Source: an uncultured Chloroflexia bacterium (lineage in GTDB: Bacteria; Chloroflexota; Limnocylindria; Limnocylindrales; CSP1-4). Taken from it: DNA of 64,000 nucleotides. The position numbers were made by a program, and so were the translations under genes. The notes beneath the pieces were generated by a model. The model made no database searches. It was not told the origin of the DNA and saw only the letters and a program-made list of their open reading frames with translations. This document shows positions 31,693 to 41,135 of this stretch, in pieces. Each line of letters opens with the position of its first letter. Within the stretch, counting starts at the first letter, position 1. The stretch is from contig CAVYIM010000004.1 of assembly GCA_963768655.1 (NCBI GenBank), positions 64,001-128,000 on the forward strand. The letters run 5' to 3'.

Positions 31693-32779
31693 TCAGCGCG
31701 CCACGGCGGCAGCGGCGGTCTGCTCGATCCGCGCCAGCAGCGACTTCCACGCGGTCGCGAACGACTCGACGCCTGCCTCCTGGAGACGACCGGCAAGATC
31801 CGCCAGGTCCACTCCCGCGGCCGCGAACCTGGCCATGAGCGCGGGATCGGGAGAGTCGGAGCGGGCCTGGAGGGTTTGCGAAACGGTGCCGTGGCCGGCG
31901 AAGGCGAGCAGCGTCTCCTCTGGCATGGTGTTCACGGTCAGCGGCGCTGCGAGCGCCTCGATGTACAGCACATCGGACGCGGTCTTGTCCTTGGTTCCGG
32001 TGCTGGCCCAGAGGAGCCGTTGCGGTCGGGCGCCCTCGTTCATGAGCCGCGCCCACCGATCGCCGTGGATCAGGGCCGCGTAGGCGTCGTAGGTCAGCTG
32101 AGCCGTTGCGATGCCTAGCTTGAGATGGAGATCGGCCGGCAGGTCGCCGGCCAGCGGGCCGTCCCAGCGGCTGACGAAGACGGAGGCCACCGACGGCACG
32201 TACGGATTCAGTCCGGCCTCGACGCGCCGTTCGATCGCCCGCGTGTAGGCCTCGGCGGCTGCCAGATACTGCTCGGTGGAAAAGAGCAGGGTCACGTTTA
32301 CCGGCACGCCCGCGAAGATCGTCTCCTCGATTGCCTTCAGGCCCGCCGTGGTGCCGGGGATCTTGATGAAGAAGTTGGGGCGGGCGGCGAGAGCGTGGAG
32401 CCTGGCGGCGTCGGCCGCCGTCGTCGCCGCGTCATCGGCCAGGAGGGGCGAGACCTCGAGCGACACGAAGCCGTCGACGCCGCCGGTCCGGTCGATACGT
32501 CGGCCTGAAGAGGTCGGCCGCGCGCCGCAGGTCGTCCAGCGCCAGGTCGAAGAAGATCTCCTCGGTCCTGGTGCCGCCGGCAGATAGCCGCCGGATCTGC
32601 TCGTCGTAGTCCGAGGAGCCGCCGATCGCCTTGTCGTAGATCGATGGGTTGGAGGTCAGGCCCGTCACCGAGAACTCGCGGATGTACTGCTCGAGCTTCC
32701 CGCTGTCGAGCAGCGCTCGGGTGATGTTGTCGAGCCAGACGCTCTGCCCCATCCGTCCGAGCTTTGCGGTCCGGTGCAT
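31693..32779 (-). CDS. tal: Transaldolase; +1 frameshift near 32495
   Basis: GQSVWLDNITR, GLTSNPSI; then DGFVSLEVSP, IKIPGT, NVTLLFS, SVFVSRWD, RLLWASTGTK, VNTMP in the next frame. Confidence 0.9.
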
Positions 32780-32805
32780 GGTGCCTCCAGTCTTGCGGCT
32801 GGCTG

Positions 32806-34080
32806 TCAGCCGTTCAGTACGTCGCCGCGGAACGCGTCGGGATCCTGGAGCCTGCGGCGCAGCGCGTTCAGGAACCGGGCGGCGAGCTCGCCGTCGACGA
32901 GCCGATGGTCGGCCGTCAGCGTCAGCTTCATTATCTGCCGGATGCCGATTCCATCCCCGACCGCGATGGGCGTGGGAACGACGCTTGAGACGGCCAGGAT
33001 CGCCGACTCGCCCGGATTGATGATCGCGCAGAACTCGTCGACGCCGAACATCCCCAGGTTCGAGATGGTGAACGTGCTGCCCGTCATGTCGTCGGGCGTG
33101 AGCGCCCCGTTGCGGGCCGCCTCGGCGAGCTCCGCAGCCCGCGCGTGCAGCTCGACGAGTGAGCGTCGATCGGCGTCGCGTACCACCGGCACGACGAGGC
33201 CATCGGGCAGCGCCACGGCCAGCCCGACGTGGACGCGGCGGCGAGGCCAGACCGAAACTCCGTCGGTACGCGAGTTTACGTCCGGGAACTCCACCAGCGT
33301 CTGCGCGGTGGCCGAAACGATGAAGTCGGTGACAGTGAGCAAGGTGCCGGCGGCCTTGAACTCGGTCCGAAGGGCCAGGACGCGCGTCATGTCGACGGCG
33401 ACCGTGACCGTGAACTGCGGGACCGTGGTCGCGCTGAGCGTGAGCCGCTGAGCGATTACGCGGCGCATCCGGCTCATCTGGCGCGGCGCCTCGTCTTCGG
33501 CGTCCGAGCCGTAGGTGGCCGGGGCCGCGGGGGCCACGGCGGGCGCTGCCGGGGCTGCCGACACCGGAGCCGCAGAGGCGGCCTCCAGCGCGGCGCGGAC
33601 GTCACGCTCGGTGATGCGGCCCTCCGGCCCGGTGCCGGTGATGGTCCGCGGATCGATTCCCGAGTCGGCGGCCAGCCGGCTGGCTCGCGGGCTGATACGC
33701 AGTCGGGAGCCGTCGGCCGGGGGCGTAGCTGACGGAGCCGGGGCAGCCGGAGCGGCCGGAACGGCAGCTTCAGCTTGCGCCACGACGGGCGGTACCGCCG
33801 CTCCAGCGGCCGCGGCCGTGGGAACGTCCGGGATCGGCTCGCCGGGCTCGCCGACGTAGCCGCACACCGTGTTGACCGGGACCGTCTGGCCCTCCTCGAC
33901 GACGCGCTTCAGCAGCACGCCCTTCTCGAAGGCCTCCACGTCCATGTTCGACTTGTCGGTCTCGATCTCGAAGAGCACCTCGCCCTTCTCGATCTTGTCG
34001 CCCTCGCGCTTGTGCCAGGCGACGAGAACGCACTCCTCGGTCATCTGGCCGGGCTTCGGCATTAGGATCGGATGAGCCAT
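32806..34080 (-). CDS. Dihydrolipoamide acyltransferase (E2)
   Basis: Lipoyl motif IETDKS; E3-binding GTGPEGRITERDV; TISNLG; DHRLVDG. Confidence 0.92.
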   Translation of the reverse strand: MAHPILMPKPGQMTEECVLVAWHKREGDKIEKGEVLFEIETDKSNMDVEAFEKGVLLKRVVEEGQTVPVNTVCGYVGEPGEPIPDVPTAAAAGAAVPPVVAQAEAAVPAAPAAPAPSATPPADGSRLRISPRASRLAADSGIDPRTITGTGPEGRITERDVRAALEAASAAPVSAAPAAPAVAPAAPATYGSDAEDEAPRQMSRMRRVIAQRLTLSATTVPQFTVTVAVDMTRVLALRTEFKAAGTLLTVTDFIVSATAQTLVEFPDVNSRTDGVSVWPRRRVHVGLAVALPDGLVVPVVRDADRRSLVELHARAAELAEAARNGALTPDDMTGSTFTISNLGMFGVDEFCAIINPGESAILAVSSVVPTPIAVGDGIGIRQIMKLTLTADHRLVDGELAARFLNALRRRLQDPDAFRGDVLNG

Positions 34081-34114
34081 GGTGTCCCTCGCGGAGTCGG
34101 CGCGTGGCCTGGGT

Positions 34115-36415
34115 CTACAGTAGCGCGGCCACCGCCGCGTAGATGTCGTTGGCGTTCGGCAGGAAGGCCTTCTCGAGACCCTCGGCCTGGGGCGAGATGC
34201 CATTGGCGGCGCCGATCCGGCCGACCGGGGCGTCGAGGTAGTCGAAGGCTTCGAGCTGGATTCGGGCGACGATCTCGTTGACGAAGCTGCCGATGAGGAC
34301 AGCCTGGCTCGCCACGACGCAGCGCCCGGTCTTGCGAACGGAAGTCAGGACGGTTTCCATGTCGAGCGGGACGAGGCTGCGCAGGTCGACGACCTCCGTT
34401 TCGACGCCCTGTTCAGTCTTCAGTCGCTCCGCCGCCGCGAGCGCGTCGATGACCGCCGGACCCCAGGCGACGATGGTCGCGTCGGCGCCTTCGCGGATGA
34501 CCCGCGCGACGCCGAGCGGCTCGAGATAGTCGCCCTCGGGCACGATGCCCTTGGTGCCATACAGGCCCTGGCTCTCGACGAACAGGACCGGGTTGTTCGT
34601 CCGGATCGCCGACTTCAAGAGCCCTTTCGCGTCGGCAGGCGTGGCCGGGTAGACGACGTACAGGCCGGGGATGTGGGTGAAGACGCTCTCCAGCGACTGC
34701 GAGTGCTGGCCGCCGTAGCCCTTGCCGGCGCCCACGGAGGCTCGGATGACCAGAGGCACCTCGGTCTGGGCGCCCGACATGTAATGCCACTTGCCGGCCT
34801 GGTTGGCGATCTGGTCCGAAGCCATGAGCGCGAAGTCCATGTACATCAGCTCGACGACCGGGCGCAGCCCGACCATCGACGCGCCGACTGCCGTGCCGCA
34901 AATGCAGGCCTCGGAGATCGGCGTGTTGAAGACGCGTTCGCGACCGAATGCCTCGAGCAGGTCCTTGGTGAGCTTGAAGGCTCCGCCGTAGTCGGCCACG
35001 TCCTCGCCGTAGACCACGACGCGGCGGTCGCGCAGCATCTCCTCGACGAGCGCCTCGCGGAGCGCGTCCTTGTATGTGGTCACGCCGTTGGCGCGCTTGG
35101 CGACGGGTGGCGCGGCATACGTCACGACGGCGCCCTCCGGGTCCGGGACGATTTCCGCGGACGTGTCCGTGTAGAGGTACTTGAGCACGTCGGCCGGGGC
35201 CGGGTCCGTCGCCTTGGAGGCTCGCACGGCGGCGCGGGCGTTACGCTCGTGGGCCCGAGCCTCGATCGCGGCGAGCGTGGCCGCGTCGGCGACGCCGGCC
35301 GCGATCAGTTGGCCCTTGAGCCGCTCGATCGGGTCGACGGCCCGCCAGGCCGCTTCCTCCTCTCGGGTCCGGTACTCGTTGCGGGGGTCGGATAGGGAGT
35401 GGCCGTAGTAGCGGTATGTGCTCGCCTCGATGAGGACCGGACCGTGCCCCTCGCGGCAGATCGCCGCGGCCCGCTCGATAGCGTCGCGGACGGCCAGCAC
35501 GTCCATGCCGTTGACGGTCTCGGCGTACATGTTGTTCTGGGCGAAGCCGGCCGCACGGCGGGCCAGGTGGTTGACGCCCATTACTTCCTCGTCGGTCCGA
35601 TGGGTCATCCCGTAATGGTTGTTGACGATCAGGTAGATGACCGGCAGGCCGGCTGCGCGTGCACCGGCCAGGTGGTTGGTCCACTGCTCCTGGGCCGCCC
35701 AGTTGAGCGATTCGAGGACGACACCGTTGGCGTAGGCGCCGTCTCCGGCGAAGCAGCACACCACCTTGTCGGAGCCGCGGTAGCGGACAGCCATCGCCGC
35801 GCCCGTGGCGATCGGCACGCTGCCGCCGACGATCGCGTTCGCGCCCAGATGGCCGGTCGAGAAGTCGCCGATGTGCATGCCGCCGCCCCGTCCGCGGCAG
35901 TAGCCCTCTTCCTTGCCGAACAGCTCGGCGATGGTCTTGTAGACGTGCTCCTCGAGGGCGTCGGCGAGGAGGCCGTCATGGTCCCTGGCCTTCGACCAGG
36001 GCGCGCGGGCCCGCAGGGCGTCGTCGGACATCGCCCGGACCGCGGCGAAACCCTTGGCGATGGCGTCGCCGTGGCCGCGATGAGAGCTCGTGATATGGTC
36101 GTCGGGCCGCAGGGCGCCGCAGGCGCCGACGGACGTTGCCTCCTGGCCGATCGAGACGTGGGTCGGGCCGCGGTAGTCGTAGCCCGGCAGTGGGTCGTAG
36201 CCGCCCGAGCGGAGGCGGACGATCATCTCCTCCAGCTCGCGGATGGCCAGCATGTCGTCCAGCAGGTCGAGCGCCGACGCGGCGGTGACCCGCCCCGCGG
36301 CAATCTCGGAGCCGGCGTCGCCGGCGAAGTCGAAGCCGCGGATCGCGCCCAGGGACTCCTCGAACGGCGCAAGATCGGGTCGAGTGTCGCTCCTGTAGGC
36401 CGGCTCCGTGACCAT
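34115..36415 (-). CDS. Fused E1 alpha-beta ThDP-dependent dehydrogenase (2-oxoacid/acetoin family); start may be up to 36481
   Basis: GQEA, HRGHG, GRGGGMH, GDGA...NN ThDP motif, YRYYGHS; beta part GEDV, NTPISE, HSQ, DLRSL. Confidence 0.9.
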   Translation of the reverse strand: MVTEPAYRSDTRPDLAPFEESLGAIRGFDFAGDAGSEIAAGRVTAASALDLLDDMLAIRELEEMIVRLRSGGYDPLPGYDYRGPTHVSIGQEATSVGACGALRPDDHITSSHRGHGDAIAKGFAAVRAMSDDALRARAPWSKARDHDGLLADALEEHVYKTIAELFGKEEGYCRGRGGGMHIGDFSTGHLGANAIVGGSVPIATGAAMAVRYRGSDKVVCCFAGDGAYANGVVLESLNWAAQEQWTNHLAGARAAGLPVIYLIVNNHYGMTHRTDEEVMGVNHLARRAAGFAQNNMYAETVNGMDVLAVRDAIERAAAICREGHGPVLIEASTYRYYGHSLSDPRNEYRTREEEAAWRAVDPIERLKGQLIAAGVADAATLAAIEARAHERNARAAVRASKATDPAPADVLKYLYTDTSAEIVPDPEGAVVTYAAPPVAKRANGVTTYKDALREALVEEMLRDRRVVVYGEDVADYGGAFKLTKDLLEAFGRERVFNTPISEACICGTAVGASMVGLRPVVELMYMDFALMASDQIANQAGKWHYMSGAQTEVPLVIRASVGAGKGYGGQHSQSLESVFTHIPGLYVVYPATPADAKGLLKSAIRTNNPVLFVESQGLYGTKGIVPEGDYLEPLGVARVIREGADATIVAWGPAVIDALAAAERLKTEQGVETEVVDLRSLVPLDMETVLTSVRKTGRCVVASQAVLIGSFVNEIVARIQLEAFDYLDAPVGRIGAANGISPQAEGLEKAFLPNANDIYAAVAALL

Positions 36416-36477
36416 GCTCTGAACCTCTTGCTCTGCTTTGGCTGTCGTCGTATTCATCGGTCTGGCCGTTGTCCTCT

Positions 36478-37464
36478 TCATGCGGCGAGGAGCAGCCTGG
36501 CCGCTTCCTCATCTGTGATCAATCGATGGATGAGCCCGCTGCGGAGGGCCGCCAGGATCGCGGGCGCCTTGGCAGCGCCGCCGGCAATCGCCGTGACATC
36601 CGGGACGGCTCTCAGTTGCTCCGGGCTGATGGCAATGAAGCGGCCGGGCAACCCGGCGGCTCTCACCTCCGCGCCGTTCGCGTCGAGGACGGTCGAGCAG
36701 ATGTCCGCCACCGCACCGGCCGCGTCGAGCGCCGCAGCGATCTCCTCGGGCAGCGCCGCCCGAACGGTCGACCCACTGGCCGTCCACGCGCCGATGCCGA
36801 CCACGGCCTTCGTGAGGCGATCGAACATGGCGATGGTCCTGTGGACGTGCGGGTCGGCCCGGAGAGCCGAGGCCATCTCCGGGCTGTCGACCAGCAACGG
36901 CACGTAGAGCGGATACACGGGGCCGCCGGCGCAGTCGGCCACACGCCGAACGAGCTCCATAGAGTTGACGTCGAGCTCGAGCGTCGGAACGCTGCCCACG
37001 ATCTGGACGACCGTGCAGCCGGGCAGCCTGGCAAGGTGCCCGACCATCGAGTGGAGCGTCCGGCCCCACGAGATCCCGAGGACGTCGTCCGCCTCGAGGG
37101 TTTGCGTCAGCAGCTCCGCGCAGGTCCGGCCGAGCTGCTCCCTCTTGAACTCCTCGGGTCCGTCGATCGGCCGGACGACGATCGCATCCACGAGGCCGTG
37201 CCGCGCGGCGAGTTCGCCGGAGAGCTCCAGATCGATCTCGGGGGGTGCTCCGACCTCGATTCGCACGATCCCATCGCGGCGCGCGGCGTCGAGCAGGCGG
37301 GCGACCTTGAAGCGCGAGATCCCAAGTTCCTGGGCGATCTCGCTCTTGCTCGCGCCGTCCAGGAAGTAGCGTCGCGCAACGAGCACGGTCGTCACCACCT
37401 GGAGGCGCGTGGCGCGTCCTTCAGATCGGGCCAGCGGGTTCATCTGCTCCTCGTTCTCTGCCAC
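36478..37464 (-). CDS. SorC/DeoR family sugar-binding transcriptional regulator
   Basis: ARRYFLDGASKSEIAQELGISRFKVARLL HTH; GISWGRTL; AGGAAK; LITDE. Confidence 0.93.
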   Translation of the reverse strand: MAENEEQMNPLARSEGRATRLQVVTTVLVARRYFLDGASKSEIAQELGISRFKVARLLDAARRDGIVRIEVGAPPEIDLELSGELAARHGLVDAIVVRPIDGPEEFKREQLGRTCAELLTQTLEADDVLGISWGRTLHSMVGHLARLPGCTVVQIVGSVPTLELDVNSMELVRRVADCAGGPVYPLYVPLLVDSPEMASALRADPHVHRTIAMFDRLTKAVVGIGAWTASGSTVRAALPEEIAAALDAAGAVADICSTVLDANGAEVRAAGLPGRFIAISPEQLRAVPDVTAIAGGAAKAPAILAALRSGLIHRLITDEEAARLLLAA

Positions 37465-37515
37465 CCGGCGGCACCGAGAGGTTCTTTCGGCCGCCTCGAC
37501 GAGCGCGGCGAAGCC

Positions 37516-37560
37516 ATCCTAGCATTCTCACATCTGAGCGGCAAGCGCTCAAACGAGCGC
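37516..37560 (-). promoter_or_regulatory. Promoter of the regulator operon with inverted repeats flanking the -35
   Basis: Minus strand TTGCCG-17 bp-TAGGAT with TG extension; IRs CTCA-catc-TGAG (37527) and GCGCTC-aaac-GAGCGC (37545). Confidence 0.65.
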
Positions 37561-37673
37561 CGACGTCACGACACTCAGAACTGGGCCGGCGGCGAGGGCC
37601 GCCGCCCGGACCGTGCGACCGAGGCGGTGGGCGCCTCCGTCTGACGTGGCACCTGGCTACCGAAGTTTGTGGC

Positions 37674-37702
37674 TTGATAGCCGACTCGCGGGCACGTAAC
37701 AT
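37674..37702 (+). promoter_or_regulatory. Sigma70-like promoter for the PHP-aldolase-dehydrogenase operon
   Basis: TTGATA-17 bp-TAACAT. Confidence 0.6.
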
Positions 37703-37848
37703 GGGACCCGCCGGCAACTAATCGTAAAGAGCCGAAACTAAATGGAAGTAGCCGAAAGAAAGCGCCCAGAAAGAGCCACGCAGGCTCGCCTCCGTCGTCG
37801 GCCTTGAAGACGGGGAGCACGCGCCGGCGGCGCCGGTCGAAGGGAAAG

Positions 37849-39090
37849 GTGTACGACAGTCCTCGCGTGAGCGGCGACTGGAAGGCCCGATCGGAACGAC
37901 CGATCGTCAATACACACGTCCACTTGCCGCCCAACTTCTCGGCGTTCGATACTGCCGAACAGGCGGTTCGGATCGCCGCTGCCGAAGGAGTCGCGGTCCT
38001 CGGAAGCTCCAACTACTACGACTTCGGCGTCTATCGGTCCTTCGCGGCCGCAGCGGCCGCAGCGGGAATGGTGCCCCTCTTCGGCGTGGAGATCATCACG
38101 CTCATCGGCGACCTGCCGGCCGGCGGCTCGCTCATCAACGATCCGACCAATCTCAACCGGATGTACCTGTGCGGCAAGGCGCTGAACCGTCTCGACCCGC
38201 CGGTCGTTTCGGCCGCGCGTCGCATGGCCGCGATCCGTGCAGTCAGCGAAGACCGCATGCGCCAGATGACCGCACTCGTCGCGGCTCGCTTCGAGCAGGC
38301 CGGTCTGGACGGGGGCGTGACCGACAAGCAGATTGCGGCATCGGTGGCGCAGCGATGCGGCGTCCCGATCGAGTGGGTGTCGCTGCAGGAACGACACCTG
38401 GCGCAGGCATTCCAGGAACTGCTCTTCCGGGACGTCGAGCCGGGCGGCCGGGCTGCCGCGCTGGGCCGGTTGTTCGAGGCGCCGACGAGTGTCGACACGG
38501 CCGATGCGATCGCCGTCCAGGAGGCGGTCCGCTCGAACTTGATGAAGGCCGGCAGGCCGGCGTTCGTGCCCGAGGCGGCCATCTCGTTCGAGGACGCCTA
38601 CCGGCTGATTCTCGAGCTGGGCGGCATCCCCTGCTACCCGATCCTCGCCGACGGCGCAGCGCCGATCTGCACCTTCGAGCAACCGGCCGAGGCACTGGCA
38701 GAGCGGCTGCTCGGTCGCGGCGTCTACTGCGCCGAGCTGATCCCCGGGCGAAACCGGCCCGAAGTCGTCGATCGCTACGTGACCGTGCTCCGCAGCGCCG
38801 GAATCGTCATCATGGCGGGCACGGAACACAACACGAAACGAATGCTCCCGGTCGCGCCGACGGCGTTGGGCGGCGAACAGCTGTCCGACCTGGCGCGCGA
38901 GGCCTTCTGGGAGGGCACCTGCGTCGTGGCGGCACATCAACATCTCCGCGCATCCGGCCGTCCCGGCTACGTTGATGACGATGGGCGGCCGATTGCCGGG
39001 TTCGCCGACGGTGAAGCGCGCATCCGATGGTTCCGCGAGGCCGGCGCCGACCTCATCACTACTCGATTCGCTGCGAGGGCCCAAGCTTGA
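37849..39090 (+). CDS. PHP-domain (metal-dependent phosphoesterase-like) protein
   Basis: NTHVHLP, FGVEI, ELIPGRN, AGTEHNT motifs. Confidence 0.7.
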   Translation: MYDSPRVSGDWKARSERPIVNTHVHLPPNFSAFDTAEQAVRIAAAEGVAVLGSSNYYDFGVYRSFAAAAAAAGMVPLFGVEIITLIGDLPAGGSLINDPTNLNRMYLCGKALNRLDPPVVSAARRMAAIRAVSEDRMRQMTALVAARFEQAGLDGGVTDKQIAASVAQRCGVPIEWVSLQERHLAQAFQELLFRDVEPGGRAAALGRLFEAPTSVDTADAIAVQEAVRSNLMKAGRPAFVPEAAISFEDAYRLILELGGIPCYPILADGAAPICTFEQPAEALAERLLGRGVYCAELIPGRNRPEVVDRYVTVLRSAGIVIMAGTEHNTKRMLPVAPTALGGEQLSDLAREAFWEGTCVVAAHQHLRASGRPGYVDDDGRPIAGFADGEARIRWFREAGADLITTRFAARAQA

Positions 39091-41135
39091 ACACCCAATC
39101 CACGCCGGAGGGGCGGTCCGTCGTCGAAGCCCTTCTGAACGACACGATCGCGCTCTCGCACCGGTTCGGCGCGGACCCGGAGTACACGCGCGGCGGCGGC
39201 GGCAACATCTCGGTCAAGGCCGACGGGGTCCTGTACATCAAGCCGAGCGGCACGTCTCTCGCGACGCTGACGGCGGAGTCGGTCATCGCCCTCGATGTCC
39301 GGCCGCTGCTGGAGCTCCTCAACGCATCGCCGGATCTCCCGGTCGAGCCCGGCACGGATCTGGTCATGCAAGTAGCCATGGGTGCCCGCCTCGGCGCGCG
39401 TGACGATCGACGCCCGTCCGTCGAATCCCTGTTTCACGCGCTTCTACCGGAGCGATTCGTGCTCCATACGCATCCGACGATCGTCAATGCCGTGACGTGT
39501 GCGACCCACGGGGCCGAGATCGTCGAGCGGCTGTTCGGCGCGGACGCCTTGTGGGTTCCCTACACCGATCCCGGGCTGCCCCTCGCCCGCGCCATCCGCG
39601 ACGCGAGGAAGAGTCACGAAGAAGGGATGGGGAAGTCCGCGCCCCGGGCGATCTTCCTCCAGAATCACGGCCTGATCGTCGCCGCCGACTCGACTGCGGA
39701 GATCGACGAGGCGTCCGCCCGGCTGATCGCGGTGATTCGGGCTCATCTGGCGGAGCTGCCGGCCATCTCGTGGGGCAAGGCCGAGCGACTGGAGGCCAGC
39801 CGGGCCCGGGCGGCGTTGCGTGCCGTCGGTCCTGCGTTGCGGGCGCTCCTGGCCACGGGCGATCGGCTCAAGGTCGTCACTTTCGACGACTCGCCGCTCT
39901 CCGTATCGATGGCCGGTTCGGCGCTGGGGCGGGAATTCGCGCTCGGCGGTCCGCTTACGCCCGACCAGATCGTGTACACCGGCTCGTTCCCTCTCCTCCT
40001 GGAAACTCCTGCCGGCGCGACGCCGGACCTCCTCGTCGATGCGCTGGCCGGCGCGATCGCCGCGCGGGCGGCGACCGATGCCGGGGCGCCGGCCGTCATC
40101 CTGGTGCCGGGGCTCGGGCTGTTCGCGGCAGGCGATTCGGCCGCCCAGGCCGAGATGGTCCAGCAGGTCTTCCTAGACGCCGTCGCCGTGTCGGTTGATG
40201 CCCACCGCCTCGGCGGGGTCAAACCGCTCGCCGACTCGGAGCGCCGGTTCATCGAGCGCTGGGAGGCCGAGGACTATCGCCGCCGCGTTGCCGTCGGCCG
40301 GTCAGTCGCCGGCCGGGCGAGAGGCCTGGTCGTCGTGGTAACCGGCGCAGCCCAGGGCTTCGGGCATGCGATCGCGGCCGACCTCGTATCCCAGGGCGGC
40401 CACGTCGTGCTGGCCGACATCAACGTCGAGCTGGCGCGGCACCAGGCGGAGGCTCTCGCGTCCGAGTTCGGTTCCGGGCGAGCCGTCGGCGTCGCGCTGG
40501 ACGTCACCGACGACGCGTCGGTTGCGGCCTGCTTCGACGAGGTCGTGCGCCGTTTCGGTGGGCTCGATCTTCTCGTCTCGAACGCCGGAATCCTCCGAGC
40601 CGGCAGCGTCACGACCCAGCCCGTCGCGGAGTTCGACGCCGTCACGCGCGTCAACTACCGGGGCTATTTCCTGTGCGTCCGGCACGCGGCGCCCATCCTG
40701 GCCCGCCAGCATAGGGCGCGGCCGACCTACTGGGGCGACATCATCGAGATCAACTCGAAGTCCGGCCTGGCCGGCTCGAGCCGAAACAGCGCCTACTCCG
40801 GCAGCAAGTTCGGCGGCGTTGGCCTGACGCAGTCGTTCGCCCTGGAGCTTGTCGGAGATGGCATCAAGGTCAACGCCATCTGCCCGGGCAACTTCCTCGA
40901 AGGGCCGCTCTGGGCCGATCCGGAGAACGGCCTCTTCGTGCAGTACTTGCGCGAGGGCAAGGTGCCCGGTGCGAAGAGCATCGACGACGTGCGCCGGTTC
41001 TACGAAGCGAAGGTGCCGATGGGTCGTGGCTGCACTCCGGCCGATGTCCTCGAGGCCCTCTACTATGTCGTTGCCCAGCGGTACGAAACAGGGCAGGCCA
41101 TTCCGGTCACCGGCGGCCAGGTGATGCTGAAGTAG
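39087..41135 (+). CDS. Class II aldolase domain fused to SrlD/SorD-like sorbitol-6-phosphate dehydrogenase SDR
   Basis: TTG overlapping upstream stop; GGGNISVK, PSVE, HTHP, NHGL; TGAAQGFG, INSKSG, YSGSKFGGVGLTQS, KVPMGRGC, VTGGQVM. Confidence 0.85.
   Translation: MNTQSTPEGRSVVEALLNDTIALSHRFGADPEYTRGGGGNISVKADGVLYIKPSGTSLATLTAESVIALDVRPLLELLNASPDLPVEPGTDLVMQVAMGARLGARDDRRPSVESLFHALLPERFVLHTHPTIVNAVTCATHGAEIVERLFGADALWVPYTDPGLPLARAIRDARKSHEEGMGKSAPRAIFLQNHGLIVAADSTAEIDEASARLIAVIRAHLAELPAISWGKAERLEASRARAALRAVGPALRALLATGDRLKVVTFDDSPLSVSMAGSALGREFALGGPLTPDQIVYTGSFPLLLETPAGATPDLLVDALAGAIAARAATDAGAPAVILVPGLGLFAAGDSAAQAEMVQQVFLDAVAVSVDAHRLGGVKPLADSERRFIERWEAEDYRRRVAVGRSVAGRARGLVVVVTGAAQGFGHAIAADLVSQGGHVVLADINVELARHQAEALASEFGSGRAVGVALDVTDDASVAACFDEVVRRFGGLDLLVSNAGILRAGSVTTQPVAEFDAVTRVNYRGYFLCVRHAAPILARQHRARPTYWGDIIEINSKSGLAGSSRNSAYSGSKFGGVGLTQSFALELVGDGIKVNAICPGNFLEGPLWADPENGLFVQYLREGKVPGAKSIDDVRRFYEAKVPMGRGCTPADVLEALYYVVAQRYETGQAIPVTGGQVMLK

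Noticed and set aside
32806-36481. Naming these genes pdhABC or acoABC
   Set aside because: Substrate cannot be assigned from motifs; sugar-regulator context argues against a default label
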